64,000 bases of DNA from contig DDWJ01000034.1 in assembly GCA_002345505.1 (NCBI GenBank), positions 23,747 through 87,746 of the forward strand. The letters are read 5' to 3'. How positions within the stretch are numbered: the first letter of the stretch is position 1; each line of letters begins with the position of its first letter. Source of the stretch: Bacillales bacterium UBA2289. Its GTDB lineage: Bacteria; Bacillota_I; Bacilli_A; Izemoplasmatales; Hujiaoplasmataceae. The translations under genes and the position numbers were made by a program. The notes beneath the pieces were generated by a model. The model was not told the DNA's origin and ran no database searches. It saw only the letters and a program-made list of their open reading frames with translations. Shown in pieces: positions 19,788 to 33,927 of this stretch.

Positions 19788-21989
19788 CTAATTAACAAAA
19801 CTAGGTTTATCTTTTGGATTAATCATAGTCAGTTGAAGTCTCTTTCTGTTTAAATCAACACTAATAACCCAAACTTTAACAATATCTCCAACACTTACTA
19901 CATCTAAAGGATGATTAACATATGATTTACTTAACTTAGAAATATGAACTAATCCTGCCTCTTTTATACCAACATCGATAAAAGCACCAAAATCAACAAC
20001 ATTTCTAACTGTGCCTTGTAATTCCATATCAACTTTTAAGTCTTCTAAAGAAAGAAGTTCGCTTTTTAATAACGGTTGTGGAAAATCATCTCTTATATCT
20101 CTTGTTGGAGAGATAAAAGCCTCTAATATATCTTCAACTAAGATGATACTCTCGTCGAAATATTCTGCGATTTTTGCCTTATTTACAGAATTAATAGCAT
20201 TTTTACATTTTTCAGTACCTATTTCATCAACATTTAGGTTTAAATATTGAAGAATACGATAGGCCAAATCATAACTTTCCGGATGTATTGGAGTCTTATC
20301 CAATGGATTTATTGAATTGAATATTCGTAAAAAGCCTATTGCTTGTTCAAAAGTCTTAGCTCCAAGATTAGGTACGTCAAGTAATTCTTTACGACTTTTA
20401 AACGGTCCAAATGTTTCTCTTTTATCAACAATGTTTTTAGCAACTTTATTTGATAACCCTGAAACATACTGCAATAAAGAAGTGGATGCAGTGTTAACAT
20501 TAACTCCGATTTGGTTAACTGCAGTAGTCACTACGAAGTCTAATGAATCAGATAGTTTTGATTGTGTAACGTCATGTTGATATTGCCCCACACCAATTGA
20601 CTTCGGATCGATTTTAACTAACTCGCTTAAAGGATCTTGCATTCTTCTCGCTATTGATACTGCCGATCTCTCTTCTACTTGAAACTCAGGAAACTCTTCT
20701 CTTGCAAGTTCAGAAGCGGAATATACTGAAGCTCCAGCTTCATTAACAATAACATATTTAACTGGTCTACTTAACTCTTTTAATATTGAAGCAATAAAGC
20801 TTTCTGTCTCTCTTGATGCGGTTCCATTTCCAATTGCGATTATATCTACTTTATATTTTTCAATAAAGCTAATCAATAATTTTTTTGCTTCTTCAATTTG
20901 CTTAGGGTTAACGTTTTGGCCAATATATGCTTCATGTGGATAGATAACACCTTTGTCGATAAACTTACCATACCTATCAATTATCGCTAATTTGCAGCCG
21001 GTTCTAAATGCTGGATCCACTCCAAGAACCATTTGACCTTTAAGTGGTGGCTGTAATAGTAATGATCTTAAATTTTCAGAAAAAATATGGATTGCTTGAT
21101 TTTCAGCACGATCGGTAAAATCAGTTCTTATCTCTCTTGAAATCGAACCGCTGATTAATCTTTTATAGGCGTCTATATATGATTCCTCAATTAATTCATT
21201 AACAATTGATTTGTTTTGTTGAATAACTTTTTTACTTAAATAATTGAAGATATCATCAGTATCAACATCTATCTTAACTGTAATAATTTTTTCTTTTTCA
21301 GCTCGATTGATTGCTAAAATTCTATATAACTTAATAGTTGATAAAGCTTCTTCATAATCATAGTAATTTTGATAAGTTTGATATTGATCCTCTGAATCTT
21401 TTTTTATCTTAGTAACAATTTTTCCATTTTTATAAGTAAAATCTCTTATCCATTTACGATAATCAGCATTATCAGAAACCATTTCAGCAATAATATATTT
21501 AGCTCCTTGTAAAGCATCTTCAATCGTTTTCACTTCATCCGTCAAATAAGGCGAAGCCAAACTATCTAAACTTTCAATGTCCGGGAATAATAAAATTTCA
21601 TTGGCTAAAGGTTCTAAACCCATTTTAATTGCTTCGGTAGCTTTAGTTTTCTTCTTTTCTTTAAATGGTCGATAGATATCTTCCAAATCTACTAACTTAT
21701 CGCAAGCATTAATATCTTTTACTAGTTCATCAGTAAGCATGCCTTTTTCATCAATAAGCCTTATAATGTCATCTTTTCTTTCTTGTAATGACTTGCCATA
21801 CTCATATTCTTTTTGAATAGCTCGTATTTGTTCCTCATCTAAAGAACCAGTTTTTTCTTTACGGTATCTAGCAATAAAAGGAACCGTATTTCCTTCCTCT
21901 AGAAGTTCTAAAACCGTTTCTACTTGTTTAATACTAATACCTTGAGTTTTGGCGACTTGTTTAATCAGTTCTTCATTAATATATTCCAT
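19788..21989 (-). CDS. tex: Tex-like transcription accessory protein (YqgF/HhH/S1 domains)
   Basis: 733 aa. The N-terminus VPFIARYRKEKTG and the C-terminal S1 domain GTVRNVVDFGAFIDVG are typical of Tex. Confidence 0.9.
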   Translation of the reverse strand: MEYINEELIKQVAKTQGISIKQVETVLELLEEGNTVPFIARYRKEKTGSLDEEQIRAIQKEYEYGKSLQERKDDIIRLIDEKGMLTDELVKDINACDKLVDLEDIYRPFKEKKKTKATEAIKMGLEPLANEILLFPDIESLDSLASPYLTDEVKTIEDALQGAKYIIAEMVSDNADYRKWIRDFTYKNGKIVTKIKKDSEDQYQTYQNYYDYEEALSTIKLYRILAINRAEKEKIITVKIDVDTDDIFNYLSKKVIQQNKSIVNELIEESYIDAYKRLISGSISREIRTDFTDRAENQAIHIFSENLRSLLLQPPLKGQMVLGVDPAFRTGCKLAIIDRYGKFIDKGVIYPHEAYIGQNVNPKQIEEAKKLLISFIEKYKVDIIAIGNGTASRETESFIASILKELSRPVKYVIVNEAGASVYSASELAREEFPEFQVEERSAVSIARRMQDPLSELVKIDPKSIGVGQYQHDVTQSKLSDSLDFVVTTAVNQIGVNVNTASTSLLQYVSGLSNKVAKNIVDKRETFGPFKSRKELLDVPNLGAKTFEQAIGFLRIFNSINPLDKTPIHPESYDLAYRILQYLNLNVDEIGTEKCKNAINSVNKAKIAEYFDESIILVEDILEAFISPTRDIRDDFPQPLLKSELLSLEDLKVDMELQGTVRNVVDFGAFIDVGIKEAGLVHISKLSKSYVNHPLDVVSVGDIVKVWVISVDLNRKRLQLTMINPKDKPSFVN

Positions 21990-22013
21990 TTTTGTCTCCT
22001 TGTCCTTATGAAT

Positions 22014-22022
22014 ATTTTACCA
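22014..22022 (-). promoter_or_regulatory. Extended -10 promoter (TGGTAAAAT) for tex
   Basis: A TGn + TAAAAT element lies on the minus strand between the upstream terminator and the tex RBS. Confidence 0.4.
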
Positions 22023-22040
22023 TATATTACAAAAAAATGC

Positions 22041-22069
22041 TAAAAAAAAGAGCCTTTCATAGGCTCTTT
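22041..22069 (-). terminator. Intrinsic terminator after the thioredoxin-like gene
   Basis: On the minus strand: AAAGAGCCT-ATGAA-AGGCTCTTT followed by a T-run. Confidence 0.8.
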
Positions 22070-22074
22070 ATTTG

Positions 22075-22608
22075 TTATTCATTAAATGGTTCGTATGTTC
22101 CTTCTTTAATTGATGTTAAAGTATTGATTACTGCAGTTGGTCCTACATGAATTTCTTCAAAATTACCATTAACTACTACAACAAGCATAGGAGTAGGAAT
22201 TTGATCTTTTCCAATTGTTTCTAAGAAACTAGTGTATGCTGGTAAAGTATTATTTTCAGTATCTTTTGTTGTAAGTGTAGAAGAGTTTAACAAGAAAAAC
22301 ATATTTTCATCTAGTTTATTACCTAATCTTAAAATATCATTCTTGTTTTCTTTACAACTGAAACATGTATCTGAATAAACATATATTACATAATCACCAA
22401 GCTCTACCTCTGCATCATCTTTCATTTGAAAAACATCTGCGTAATTTTCTACTTGATCATAACTCTTGTAATCTTGCCATTTTGTAACTGTGTTATAAAC
22501 AAATGCTATAGCTACTAATAGTATAACTGAGACGATTACAACTACAATCGTCTTCAATAATAACATCTCTGTATTTTGTTTTTTAAATCCTTTTTTATAA
22601 GTCGCCAT
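22075..22608 (-). CDS. Membrane-anchored thioredoxin-fold protein (CxxC)
   Basis: 177 aa with one N-terminal TM helix and a CFSC motif in the context YVYSDTCFSCKE. Confidence 0.55.
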   Translation of the reverse strand: MATYKKGFKKQNTEMLLLKTIVVVIVSVILLVAIAFVYNTVTKWQDYKSYDQVENYADVFQMKDDAEVELGDYVIYVYSDTCFSCKENKNDILRLGNKLDENMFFLLNSSTLTTKDTENNTLPAYTSFLETIGKDQIPTPMLVVVVNGNFEEIHVGPTAVINTLTSIKEGTYEPFNE

Positions 22609-22678
22609 TTTTTCACCTCAGTATTAACATTTTATCTAATTTTTAGATAATTTGCAACTATTATTTTATTTTAAATGT

Positions 22679-23023
22679 CTATTCCAAAGATTCGATTATC
22701 GCAAAAGCAACACTATAATCTTTTTCATGTGAAATCGAAACTGAAATTCTAATATTTTCAAACTTAGGATAATCAACATAAGGTCGGTTTAAATTGTCAT
22801 TTAATACGATAATATCTCTCATAAAAACTTCGATATCCGCTTGAGAACAAGCTTTAATTATCGCTTCTTTAGCTGCGAATCTACCACATAAGAATTCTTG
22901 TTTTCTTTTATCTAACTTCAATTGATTAAATACTTCGAATTCTTTTTGATTCAGTACTCTTTTAGCTATTGATAGTTCTATTCTGATATTTTCTACAATA
23001 TCAGTACCGATACCCTTAATCAT
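22679..23023 (-). CDS. acpS: Holo-[acyl-carrier-protein] synthase
   Basis: 114 aa with the motifs GIGTDIVE and FAAKEAIIKA. Confidence 0.9.
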   Translation of the reverse strand: MIKGIGTDIVENIRIELSIAKRVLNQKEFEVFNQLKLDKRKQEFLCGRFAAKEAIIKACSQADIEVFMRDIIVLNDNLNRPYVDYPKFENIRISVSISHEKDYSVAFAIIESLE

Positions 23024-23970
23024 TTCATACCTTCTTCAATCATCACTTTATTTGCTAAATCCTTAATTGCTCGGAATCGATGATTTAATGCTGATTTAGA
23101 TATTTGTTCATCAAAATGTTCGACTGAAACATATGATAATTCAAGCAAAGAAGCTTCAGGATAAGTTTTCCTTAAAAATATTGCCTCTTGAATACTCTTA
23201 GGCAAATTAGTTTTAGCCTTTTTTTCTATTATTTCTATGTATTCCAGTTGCTTATTTGCAGCATCCATAGCTTTTTTTTCATTTGCGAGATCGCAGTTAA
23301 TTACTCTGTTAATTGAATTCTTAAAATCTCGCTTAATCCGAGAGTCTTCAAAATCAAATAATGAATTGTTAGCTCCGATCACTCTTAAGAAGTCTGCTAT
23401 TTTTTCAGCCTCTTTAACATATGTTATGTATCCTCTTTTATTACTAGAAACTTTAGCATTTAATGCAAATTCATTGCATAATTCTTGAATTACCTTAGCT
23501 TGCTGTAAAGAGTAAGATTGAATTTCCATATGGTACGCGCTTGTTTCGGGAGAATTAATCGATCCAGAGGCTAAAAAAACACCTCTTAAATATGCTTTTT
23601 TACAGCACTCATCATTAATTAAACGTAAATCTACATCTTGGAAAAAAAGTGATGCTTCATTTATTAACGACAAATCACTGATAAGGAAGTTAACCTTTTC
23701 AGTGATTTTAGCAACAAATAAATCGTGTTTTCTTAATTGCTTTACTTGTTTTTTCAATATAGTTAAATCGATTTTGTAAAGATCTTTTGTCAAAGTCATA
23801 AATCTTCTAATAACTGCATTATTAGTTGTTTGAAAAACTATACTTATGCCTTCTGAGTTCTTTTCAATCGAGCCATTTATATGTAACATAGCCGATAATT
23901 CAGCTTTATTACAACAGCTTAAATGTTTTAAACTTTGCAGTTCTGTCTTTACTTGTTGGGAAAAAGACAT
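23020..23970 (-). CDS. whiA: Sporulation/cell-division regulator WhiA
   Basis: 316 aa. The N-terminus MSFSQQVKTEL, the LAGLIDADG-like middle region and the C-terminal HTH (LSKSALNHRFR) are typical of WhiA. Confidence 0.9.
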   Translation of the reverse strand: MSFSQQVKTELQSLKHLSCCNKAELSAMLHINGSIEKNSEGISIVFQTTNNAVIRRFMTLTKDLYKIDLTILKKQVKQLRKHDLFVAKITEKVNFLISDLSLINEASLFFQDVDLRLINDECCKKAYLRGVFLASGSINSPETSAYHMEIQSYSLQQAKVIQELCNEFALNAKVSSNKRGYITYVKEAEKIADFLRVIGANNSLFDFEDSRIKRDFKNSINRVINCDLANEKKAMDAANKQLEYIEIIEKKAKTNLPKSIQEAIFLRKTYPEASLLELSYVSVEHFDEQISKSALNHRFRAIKDLANKVMIEEGMK

Positions 23971-23989
23971 TTAAATCACTCCTATTTTT

Positions 23990-25222
23990 TTAAAACCAAC
24001 TACCATCTACAGTTGAATAATCCATGCCTTTACGCCTAATTCTAATGTAAACTGACAAGCTAATTCCTGCCAATATCATCAAAGTAGATGTGACTATCGC
24101 TGATTTTAATGTCATACCGAATATTTCAAATACTAATGGATCGGTTCTCATGGTTTCAATAAATATTCTAACTCCGCCATACCAAACTAAATAGAAAGCT
24201 AATAATTCGCCAAAATGAATCTTCTTATATCTTCTAAGAACCAACATGACTATAAAGCCCAAAATGTTTAGTGTTGATTCATAAAAGAATGTCGGGTGAT
24301 AATATCCAGTGAAAGGTTCAACTGCATATGAGTGAAGTCCTTCTTGGATGTACATGTTATTTACGATAAACTCAGGAATGTGAAGTGTGTATCTTAGATA
24401 ATTAAATTGTTGATCTACAGACAAATTCATTGTACCGTTGACTGCGCCACCTACAATACCGCCATGAGCCTCTTGATTGAAGAAATTTCCCCATCGGCCG
24501 AATGCCTGGGCAATAATAAAACCAACAGCAATAATATCGAACACTTTGTAAATATCAATTTTTCTTTTTCTAGTATAAAAATAAGTACAAATCAATGCAG
24601 TTACAAAGGCTCCATGAATTGCAAGACCGGATAACCCAAATGTTGAAAAATCTAATGTTCCGCTTGAAAAACCAATCATCCTTAAGAGCGAAGGGAAAAA
24701 TCCTCCCCCAACAAACTGATCAAGTTCAAATACTACGTACCATAACCTCGCACCAATAATAGATATCGGAACTATCCATAAGAATCCATCAATCAAATCA
24801 TCTTTCTTCACGCCGATTCTCTTGGTTTCTCTAAGTCCTAGTCCTAAAGCCACAAAAATACCTGTCATAATGAAAAAAGAATAAAAATAAATCGATCTTC
24901 CGAATACAGTAACTAGTCTATTATCAAGTGTATATATTGGTTTAATAACAGTATCTTTATTAATTTCATCAAAATCGCTTTCTAAAACTGACCATCTAGT
25001 AAAATACCTTTGACCTATGTCTTCTGGGGATTGTGGCGGTGTTATATTACACTCGCTGATCCCATCACAATCTATTTCTTTTAAAATATTTCCTTCATAA
25101 TCAACAAAAGTTACCTTATAAGGCTCATCATTTTCAATATTATTTTGACATCCGGATAGATTTAATAAAATCACTCCAAAAAATATAACATAAATTATAA
25201 TTCTAATCTTCTTCATTGTCAT
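23990..25222 (-). CDS. lgt: Prolipoprotein diacylglyceryl transferase with about 100-aa N-terminal lipobox plus repeat-domain extension
   Basis: The C-terminal ~300 aa is Lgt-like (GRWGNFFNQEAHG motif, polytopic) and lies downstream of hprK. The N-terminus carries the signal/lipobox ILLNLSGC, followed by YKVTFVDYEGN...YFTRWSV, which resembles a Listeria-Bacteroides (Flg_new) repeat. Confidence 0.9.
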   Translation of the reverse strand: MTMKKIRIIIYVIFFGVILLNLSGCQNNIENDEPYKVTFVDYEGNILKEIDCDGISECNITPPQSPEDIGQRYFTRWSVLESDFDEINKDTVIKPIYTLDNRLVTVFGRSIYFYSFFIMTGIFVALGLGLRETKRIGVKKDDLIDGFLWIVPISIIGARLWYVVFELDQFVGGGFFPSLLRMIGFSSGTLDFSTFGLSGLAIHGAFVTALICTYFYTRKRKIDIYKVFDIIAVGFIIAQAFGRWGNFFNQEAHGGIVGGAVNGTMNLSVDQQFNYLRYTLHIPEFIVNNMYIQEGLHSYAVEPFTGYYHPTFFYESTLNILGFIVMLVLRRYKKIHFGELLAFYLVWYGGVRIFIETMRTDPLVFEIFGMTLKSAIVTSTLMILAGISLSVYIRIRRKGMDYSTVDGSWF

Positions 25223-26150
25223 TCTCCTGATTTAACTTAATATGTTCATTCAACTTCTTGTTAAATTCTTCAGCTGAATTATAACCCAAATTTTTAGATT
25301 TATAATCAAACGCCGCTGCCTCTACTAAAGTAGCTGCGTTGCGTGCCTCAGTAATCGGTAATGCTGCATATGATACATAGGTATCAAAGATTTTTCTCCT
25401 ATCAGCTTTTAATCCTAAGCGATCATAGTTTTGATTGTCATCATCCCATTTTTGCAGTTCAACAATTAACGATATTCTTTTCTTCTCTCTGTATGACTTA
25501 ACACCATACAAATATACTACGTTAACAACGCCAACACCACGAATCTCTAAATATTTTTTTAAAACATTCGGAGCTTCTCCGACAAGTATACCCTTTTCAA
25601 CTTGATATATCTCTACAGTATCATCAGCCACTAAAATGTATCCCCGTCTTATAAGTTCCAAAGCAACTTCACTTTTTCCAAGTCCGCTTTTACCTGTCAT
25701 TAAAACACCAACGCCATTAATATCTAATAAAACTCCATGCATGGTTGTTCTTTCTGCCAAAGCTGCCTGTAAAAAAGAAAATAGTTCGCTAACAAGAGAT
25801 GTAGTTTTATAAAAACTCTTTAATATTGGGATGTTATAGATATCACCATAATGAATAAAGACTTCCGGTACATCAACGTTTTTGGTAAATATAAAAGCTG
25901 GAGCGTCTTTTTCAAAAAGTGCTTTTATTCTTTCTTCTTGAAGCTCAGGCTCCAAAGAATGAAAGAAAGCGGCCTCTTTAGAACCAATAATTTGAATTCT
26001 ATCATTTTCATAAAATTCTAACATTCCCGCTAATTCAATACCAGGCTTAACTAAAGCCGGATTGAATACTTTTCTACTAACTCCATCATGACCAGCTAAA
26101 AGTTCTAATCTTAACCCTTCAATAACTTCTTTTATAGTTACTGATGTCAT
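25203..26150 (-). CDS. hprK: HPr kinase/phosphorylase
   Basis: Walker A GKSGLGKSEVALELIRRG and hprK-lgt synteny. I prefer the ATG at 26150 (MTSVTIKEV..). The ORF-track GTG is at 26159. Confidence 0.95.
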   Translation of the reverse strand: MTSVTIKEVIEGLRLELLAGHDGVSRKVFNPALVKPGIELAGMLEFYENDRIQIIGSKEAAFFHSLEPELQEERIKALFEKDAPAFIFTKNVDVPEVFIHYGDIYNIPILKSFYKTTSLVSELFSFLQAALAERTTMHGVLLDINGVGVLMTGKSGLGKSEVALELIRRGYILVADDTVEIYQVEKGILVGEAPNVLKKYLEIRGVGVVNVVYLYGVKSYREKKRISLIVELQKWDDDNQNYDRLGLKADRRKIFDTYVSYAALPITEARNAATLVEAAAFDYKSKNLGYNSAEEFNKKLNEHIKLNQENDNEED

Positions 26151-26155
26151 ATAAT

Positions 26156-26716
26156 TCACCTTCTTTGTCTTAATCTCTTTAAATTAATTTGCTTAACGAT
26201 TCTTATATATACGATTTTAATTATTGTTCTTACAAAATGTAAAAACATTACAAATATAATCGGATCCCAATGGCTATTAAAATAAAACTGATCTCTAAAA
26301 ATAACTAAATCTATAAAATACAATAAAATTAAGTTCATCAAAAAGAAAATCAAGCCTGATGAAAAAACTACGATGGACATAAAATTCTTTACTAGATATC
26401 TTCTTAGTAATTCTTCATAAAACGTCAATATTAAAGCTATCAAAACAATATAAATCGGATCTGCAATATAGGCGAAATTTATCAAGTTAAACAAGCCAAA
26501 AATAATGAGAAAATTAACCACAAAACTAATAAGCAAATTTACAAAGATATTCCTTGAGTATTCCATTCCAAGGTTAATTTTAATAACAACAGGTCCCCTA
26601 GGGCCTAAATTCTTCTTTTGTTTTTGCTTTTCTTCCTCGTTTTGTCTACGAACTTGCTCAATCAGTTTTTCTAACTCTTCAATTTCTTTTCTTATATCTT
26701 TATCGTCTTTATCCAT
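26156..26716 (-). CDS. Hypothetical membrane protein (charged coiled-coil N-terminus plus about 4 TM)
   Basis: 186 aa with an EKQKQKK-rich N-terminus followed by hydrophobic segments. Its stop abuts or overlaps the hprK start. Confidence 0.5.
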   Translation of the reverse strand: MDKDDKDIRKEIEELEKLIEQVRRQNEEEKQKQKKNLGPRGPVVIKINLGMEYSRNIFVNLLISFVVNFLIIFGLFNLINFAYIADPIYIVLIALILTFYEELLRRYLVKNFMSIVVFSSGLIFFLMNLILLYFIDLVIFRDQFYFNSHWDPIIFVMFLHFVRTIIKIVYIRIVKQINLKRLRQRR

Positions 26717-26746
26717 AGTAAAATCCCTTGATTATTTAATACAACT

Positions 26747-26755
26747 ATAATATCA
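26747..26755 (-). promoter_or_regulatory. Extended -10-like promoter (TGATATTAT) upstream of the hprK operon
   Basis: A TGn + TATTAT element lies on the minus strand 30 nt upstream of the ATG at 26716. Confidence 0.35.
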
Positions 26756-26785
26756 TAATTCATTAAAAATTACGAGATATTATCC

Positions 26786-29596
26786 TTATGCCTGTAATAT
26801 TTCCTTTAAATACTGACCAGTATAAGATTTTTTATTTTTAATAACTTCTTCTGGTGTTCCCAAAGCGATTATTTCTCCGCCTCTGTCTCCACCTTCTGGT
26901 CCTAAATCAATTATATGGTCGGCAACTTTAATTACATCTAAATTATGTTCAATTAAAATAACTGTGGCTCCCTTATCAACGATATCATTCAATACTTCAA
27001 TTAACTTTTTGATATCATGAGTGTGTAATCCTGTAGTTGGTTCGTCCAAAATATAAATTGAATGATTAGAAATCTTCTTATATAGTTCGCTGGCAAGCTT
27101 AACTCTTTGTGCTTCTCCGCCAGAAAGTGTTGTAGAAGACTGTCCTAATTGTATATATCCTAGCCCCACATCATTAATAGTTTTTAAACGATTATAAATT
27201 TTAGGAAGATTTTCAAAGAATTTTAAACTTTCCTCAACTCTCATATTTAATACATCAGCTATAGTTTTTCCCTTATATTTGACCTGTAATGTTTCTTTAT
27301 TATATCTCTTACCATGGCATTCTTCGCATTCCACATATAAATCTGGCATAAAATGCATTTCTATTTTGATAACGCCATCTCCTTGACAATGTTCGCAACG
27401 GCCACCTTTAACATTAAAAGAAAATCTACCTTTATCATAACCCCTAAGTTTAGCCTCTTTTGTTCTCGCAAATAGATCGCGAATATGATCAAAAACACCG
27501 GTATAAGTAGCCGGGTTAGATCTTGGAGTTCTACCGATGGCAGACTGGTCTATATCGATTATTTTATCAAATATTTGGTAATTTTCAATTTTTTCTACTT
27601 TTCCAGCAGTCTCATTTCTTCTTGTAATTAAATTCGCTAAATTAGTATACAAAACATCATTAACTAGCGATGACTTGCCAGAGCCTGAAACTCCAGTAAC
27701 TACAGTAAAACAACCGATTGGAAAATCAACAGAAATATTCTTAAGGTTATTCTGAGTCGCTTTTTCGACTCTTAAATATCCATTTTTATGTTCTCTTCTT
27801 TTCTTAGGAATAGGTATTTTATAATCGCCTCTTAAATACTTTGCGGTAATTGACTTTTCATCTTTCAATAACTCTGCAGGAGTTCCAACAAAAACAACTT
27901 CTCCTCCGTGATCTCCCGCTCCAGGACCAATATCAACAACTAAGTCGCTATCCATAATCATTTCATGATCATGTTCAACAACAATCATTGTATTTCCTAA
28001 ATCGCGCATGTCTTTTAGCGTATTTATTAGTCTTCGATTATCTCTTTGATGAAGACCGATTGAAGGTTCATCTAAAACGTACAAAACTCCAGTTAATCTA
28101 GAACCTATTTGTGTTGCTAATCTTATCCTTTGGGCTTCGCCACCGGATAAAGTCCCAGCTAATCTTGATAATGACAAATAATCTAATCCCACATTAATTA
28201 AAAAGCCTAATCGAGCCTTCATTTCTTTAATAATTGGTTTAGCAATCTCAAATTCTTTTTCAGTTAAATTGATATTATTTAAGAAATCCACTAAATGTAA
28301 AATACTTAATTCCGATATTTCATATATATTCAATCCATCTACATAGACAGATAAAGCTTCTTGGTTGAGTTTTTTTCCATGACAGACATCACATGGAATA
28401 TCATTCATCATTGATTCAATCCAATTTCTAACAGCTTTAGATGTAGAACTTAAATATCTTCTTTCTAAACTTGTAACAACTCCCTCAAAAGGTCTTTTGG
28501 CATTGTGGTACATGTTACCGGTTCTTGAAATATAACGGAAATTAATAAGTTCATTAGTACCATATAAAATAATATTCTTTTGTTTTTCGGTTAAATCTCT
28601 AAATGGTTTATCTAAAGGTATGTCCATAGCGATAGCCGTTTGTTCAATTTGCTGATAATAAAGAGAATCCATATTTGCATATTTTCTAAATACATTTTCT
28701 TTTAAACTTAAACCTTGATCTGGCAATAAGATATTTGGATCTACTTTTCGTTTGAATCCCAATCCTGCACAAGTTTCGCAAGCACCATAAGGAGCGTTAA
28801 AAGAAAATAATCTTGGTTCTAGTTCTGGTACAGTAAATCCACAAATAGGACAAGCAAAGTGTTCGCTAAATAATTGTTCTTCACCGTTGATCAAAACTTT
28901 TACATGTCCTTCTCCAAGTTTTGAAGCCACTTCTAACGAGTCATATAATCTTGATGTTGCACTCTCTTTAACGATGATTCTATCAATCACAACATCAATA
29001 TCATACCTTAGATTTTTTTCTAATTTTATATCTTCATCTAACTCGTGTTCTTCTTTATTGATTCTAACTCTTGTATATCCATCTTTTCGTAAATTCTCAA
29101 TAATATTCTTATGCGTACCCTTCTTGCCTCTTACGATTGGCGCTAAAATAACAAGCTTTTCACCATCATTCTCTAAAACTTTATTAGTCATCTCTTGTAT
29201 CGTTTGAGATTTTATTTCAATTTTATGAGTAGGACAATATACTCTACCAATTCTCGCAAAAAGCAATCTAACATAGTCATAGATTTCCGTAACTGTTCCT
29301 ACTGTAGATCTTGGATTATTCGATGTAGTTTTTTGATCTATCGATATCGCTGGAGATAAACCTTCAATAACATCGACATCTGGTTTTTCCATATTTCCAA
29401 GAAATTGTCTCGCATAAGAACTCAAAGATTCTACGTATCTTCTTCTGCCTTCTTCATATATGGTATCAAATGCCAAACTGGTCTTTCCCGAACCGGAAAG
29501 ACCTGTCATAACAATTAATTGATTTTTTTTAAATTCAAGGTCTATTGATTTTAAATTATTCTCTCTAGCACCTTTGATTGTAATATAATCACTCAA
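26786..29596 (-). CDS. uvrA: Excinuclease ABC subunit A
   Basis: 936 aa with two ABC modules (GLSGSGKTSLAFD, GVSGSGKSSLV, LSGGEAQR twice) and zinc-finger Cys clusters. Confidence 0.98.
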   Translation of the reverse strand: MSDYITIKGARENNLKSIDLEFKKNQLIVMTGLSGSGKTSLAFDTIYEEGRRRYVESLSSYARQFLGNMEKPDVDVIEGLSPAISIDQKTTSNNPRSTVGTVTEIYDYVRLLFARIGRVYCPTHKIEIKSQTIQEMTNKVLENDGEKLVILAPIVRGKKGTHKNIIENLRKDGYTRVRINKEEHELDEDIKLEKNLRYDIDVVIDRIIVKESATSRLYDSLEVASKLGEGHVKVLINGEEQLFSEHFACPICGFTVPELEPRLFSFNAPYGACETCAGLGFKRKVDPNILLPDQGLSLKENVFRKYANMDSLYYQQIEQTAIAMDIPLDKPFRDLTEKQKNIILYGTNELINFRYISRTGNMYHNAKRPFEGVVTSLERRYLSSTSKAVRNWIESMMNDIPCDVCHGKKLNQEALSVYVDGLNIYEISELSILHLVDFLNNINLTEKEFEIAKPIIKEMKARLGFLINVGLDYLSLSRLAGTLSGGEAQRIRLATQIGSRLTGVLYVLDEPSIGLHQRDNRRLINTLKDMRDLGNTMIVVEHDHEMIMDSDLVVDIGPGAGDHGGEVVFVGTPAELLKDEKSITAKYLRGDYKIPIPKKRREHKNGYLRVEKATQNNLKNISVDFPIGCFTVVTGVSGSGKSSLVNDVLYTNLANLITRRNETAGKVEKIENYQIFDKIIDIDQSAIGRTPRSNPATYTGVFDHIRDLFARTKEAKLRGYDKGRFSFNVKGGRCEHCQGDGVIKIEMHFMPDLYVECEECHGKRYNKETLQVKYKGKTIADVLNMRVEESLKFFENLPKIYNRLKTINDVGLGYIQLGQSSTTLSGGEAQRVKLASELYKKISNHSIYILDEPTTGLHTHDIKKLIEVLNDIVDKGATVILIEHNLDVIKVADHIIDLGPEGGDRGGEIIALGTPEEVIKNKKSYTGQYLKEILQA

Positions 29597-29600
29597 ATTA

Positions 29601-33772
<4,172 letters not shown>

Positions 33773-33788
33773 GTTATCACCTTTAAAT

Positions 33789-33797
33789 ATTATATCA
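33789..33797 (-). promoter_or_regulatory. Extended -10 promoter (TGATATAAT) for pcrA-ligA-uvrA
   Basis: TGnTATAAT on the minus strand 17 nt upstream of the pcrA GTG. Confidence 0.45.
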
Positions 33798-33863
33798 TAA
33801 TCTTACAGATATAATAATATATATGAACGATATTTCTCGGAAAGCATCTAGTGAGCATATGCT

Positions 33864-33892
33864 TTGAAATACACCGAGATTTGTGAGATAAT
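33864..33892 (+). promoter_or_regulatory. Putative sodA promoter
   Basis: TTGAAA, 17 nt, GATAAT, with TG at the extended -10 position (TGAGATAAT). Confidence 0.5.
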
Positions 33893-33927
33893 TAGGGTAC
33901 AAACAAATATGAAGGAGTGATTTTATA

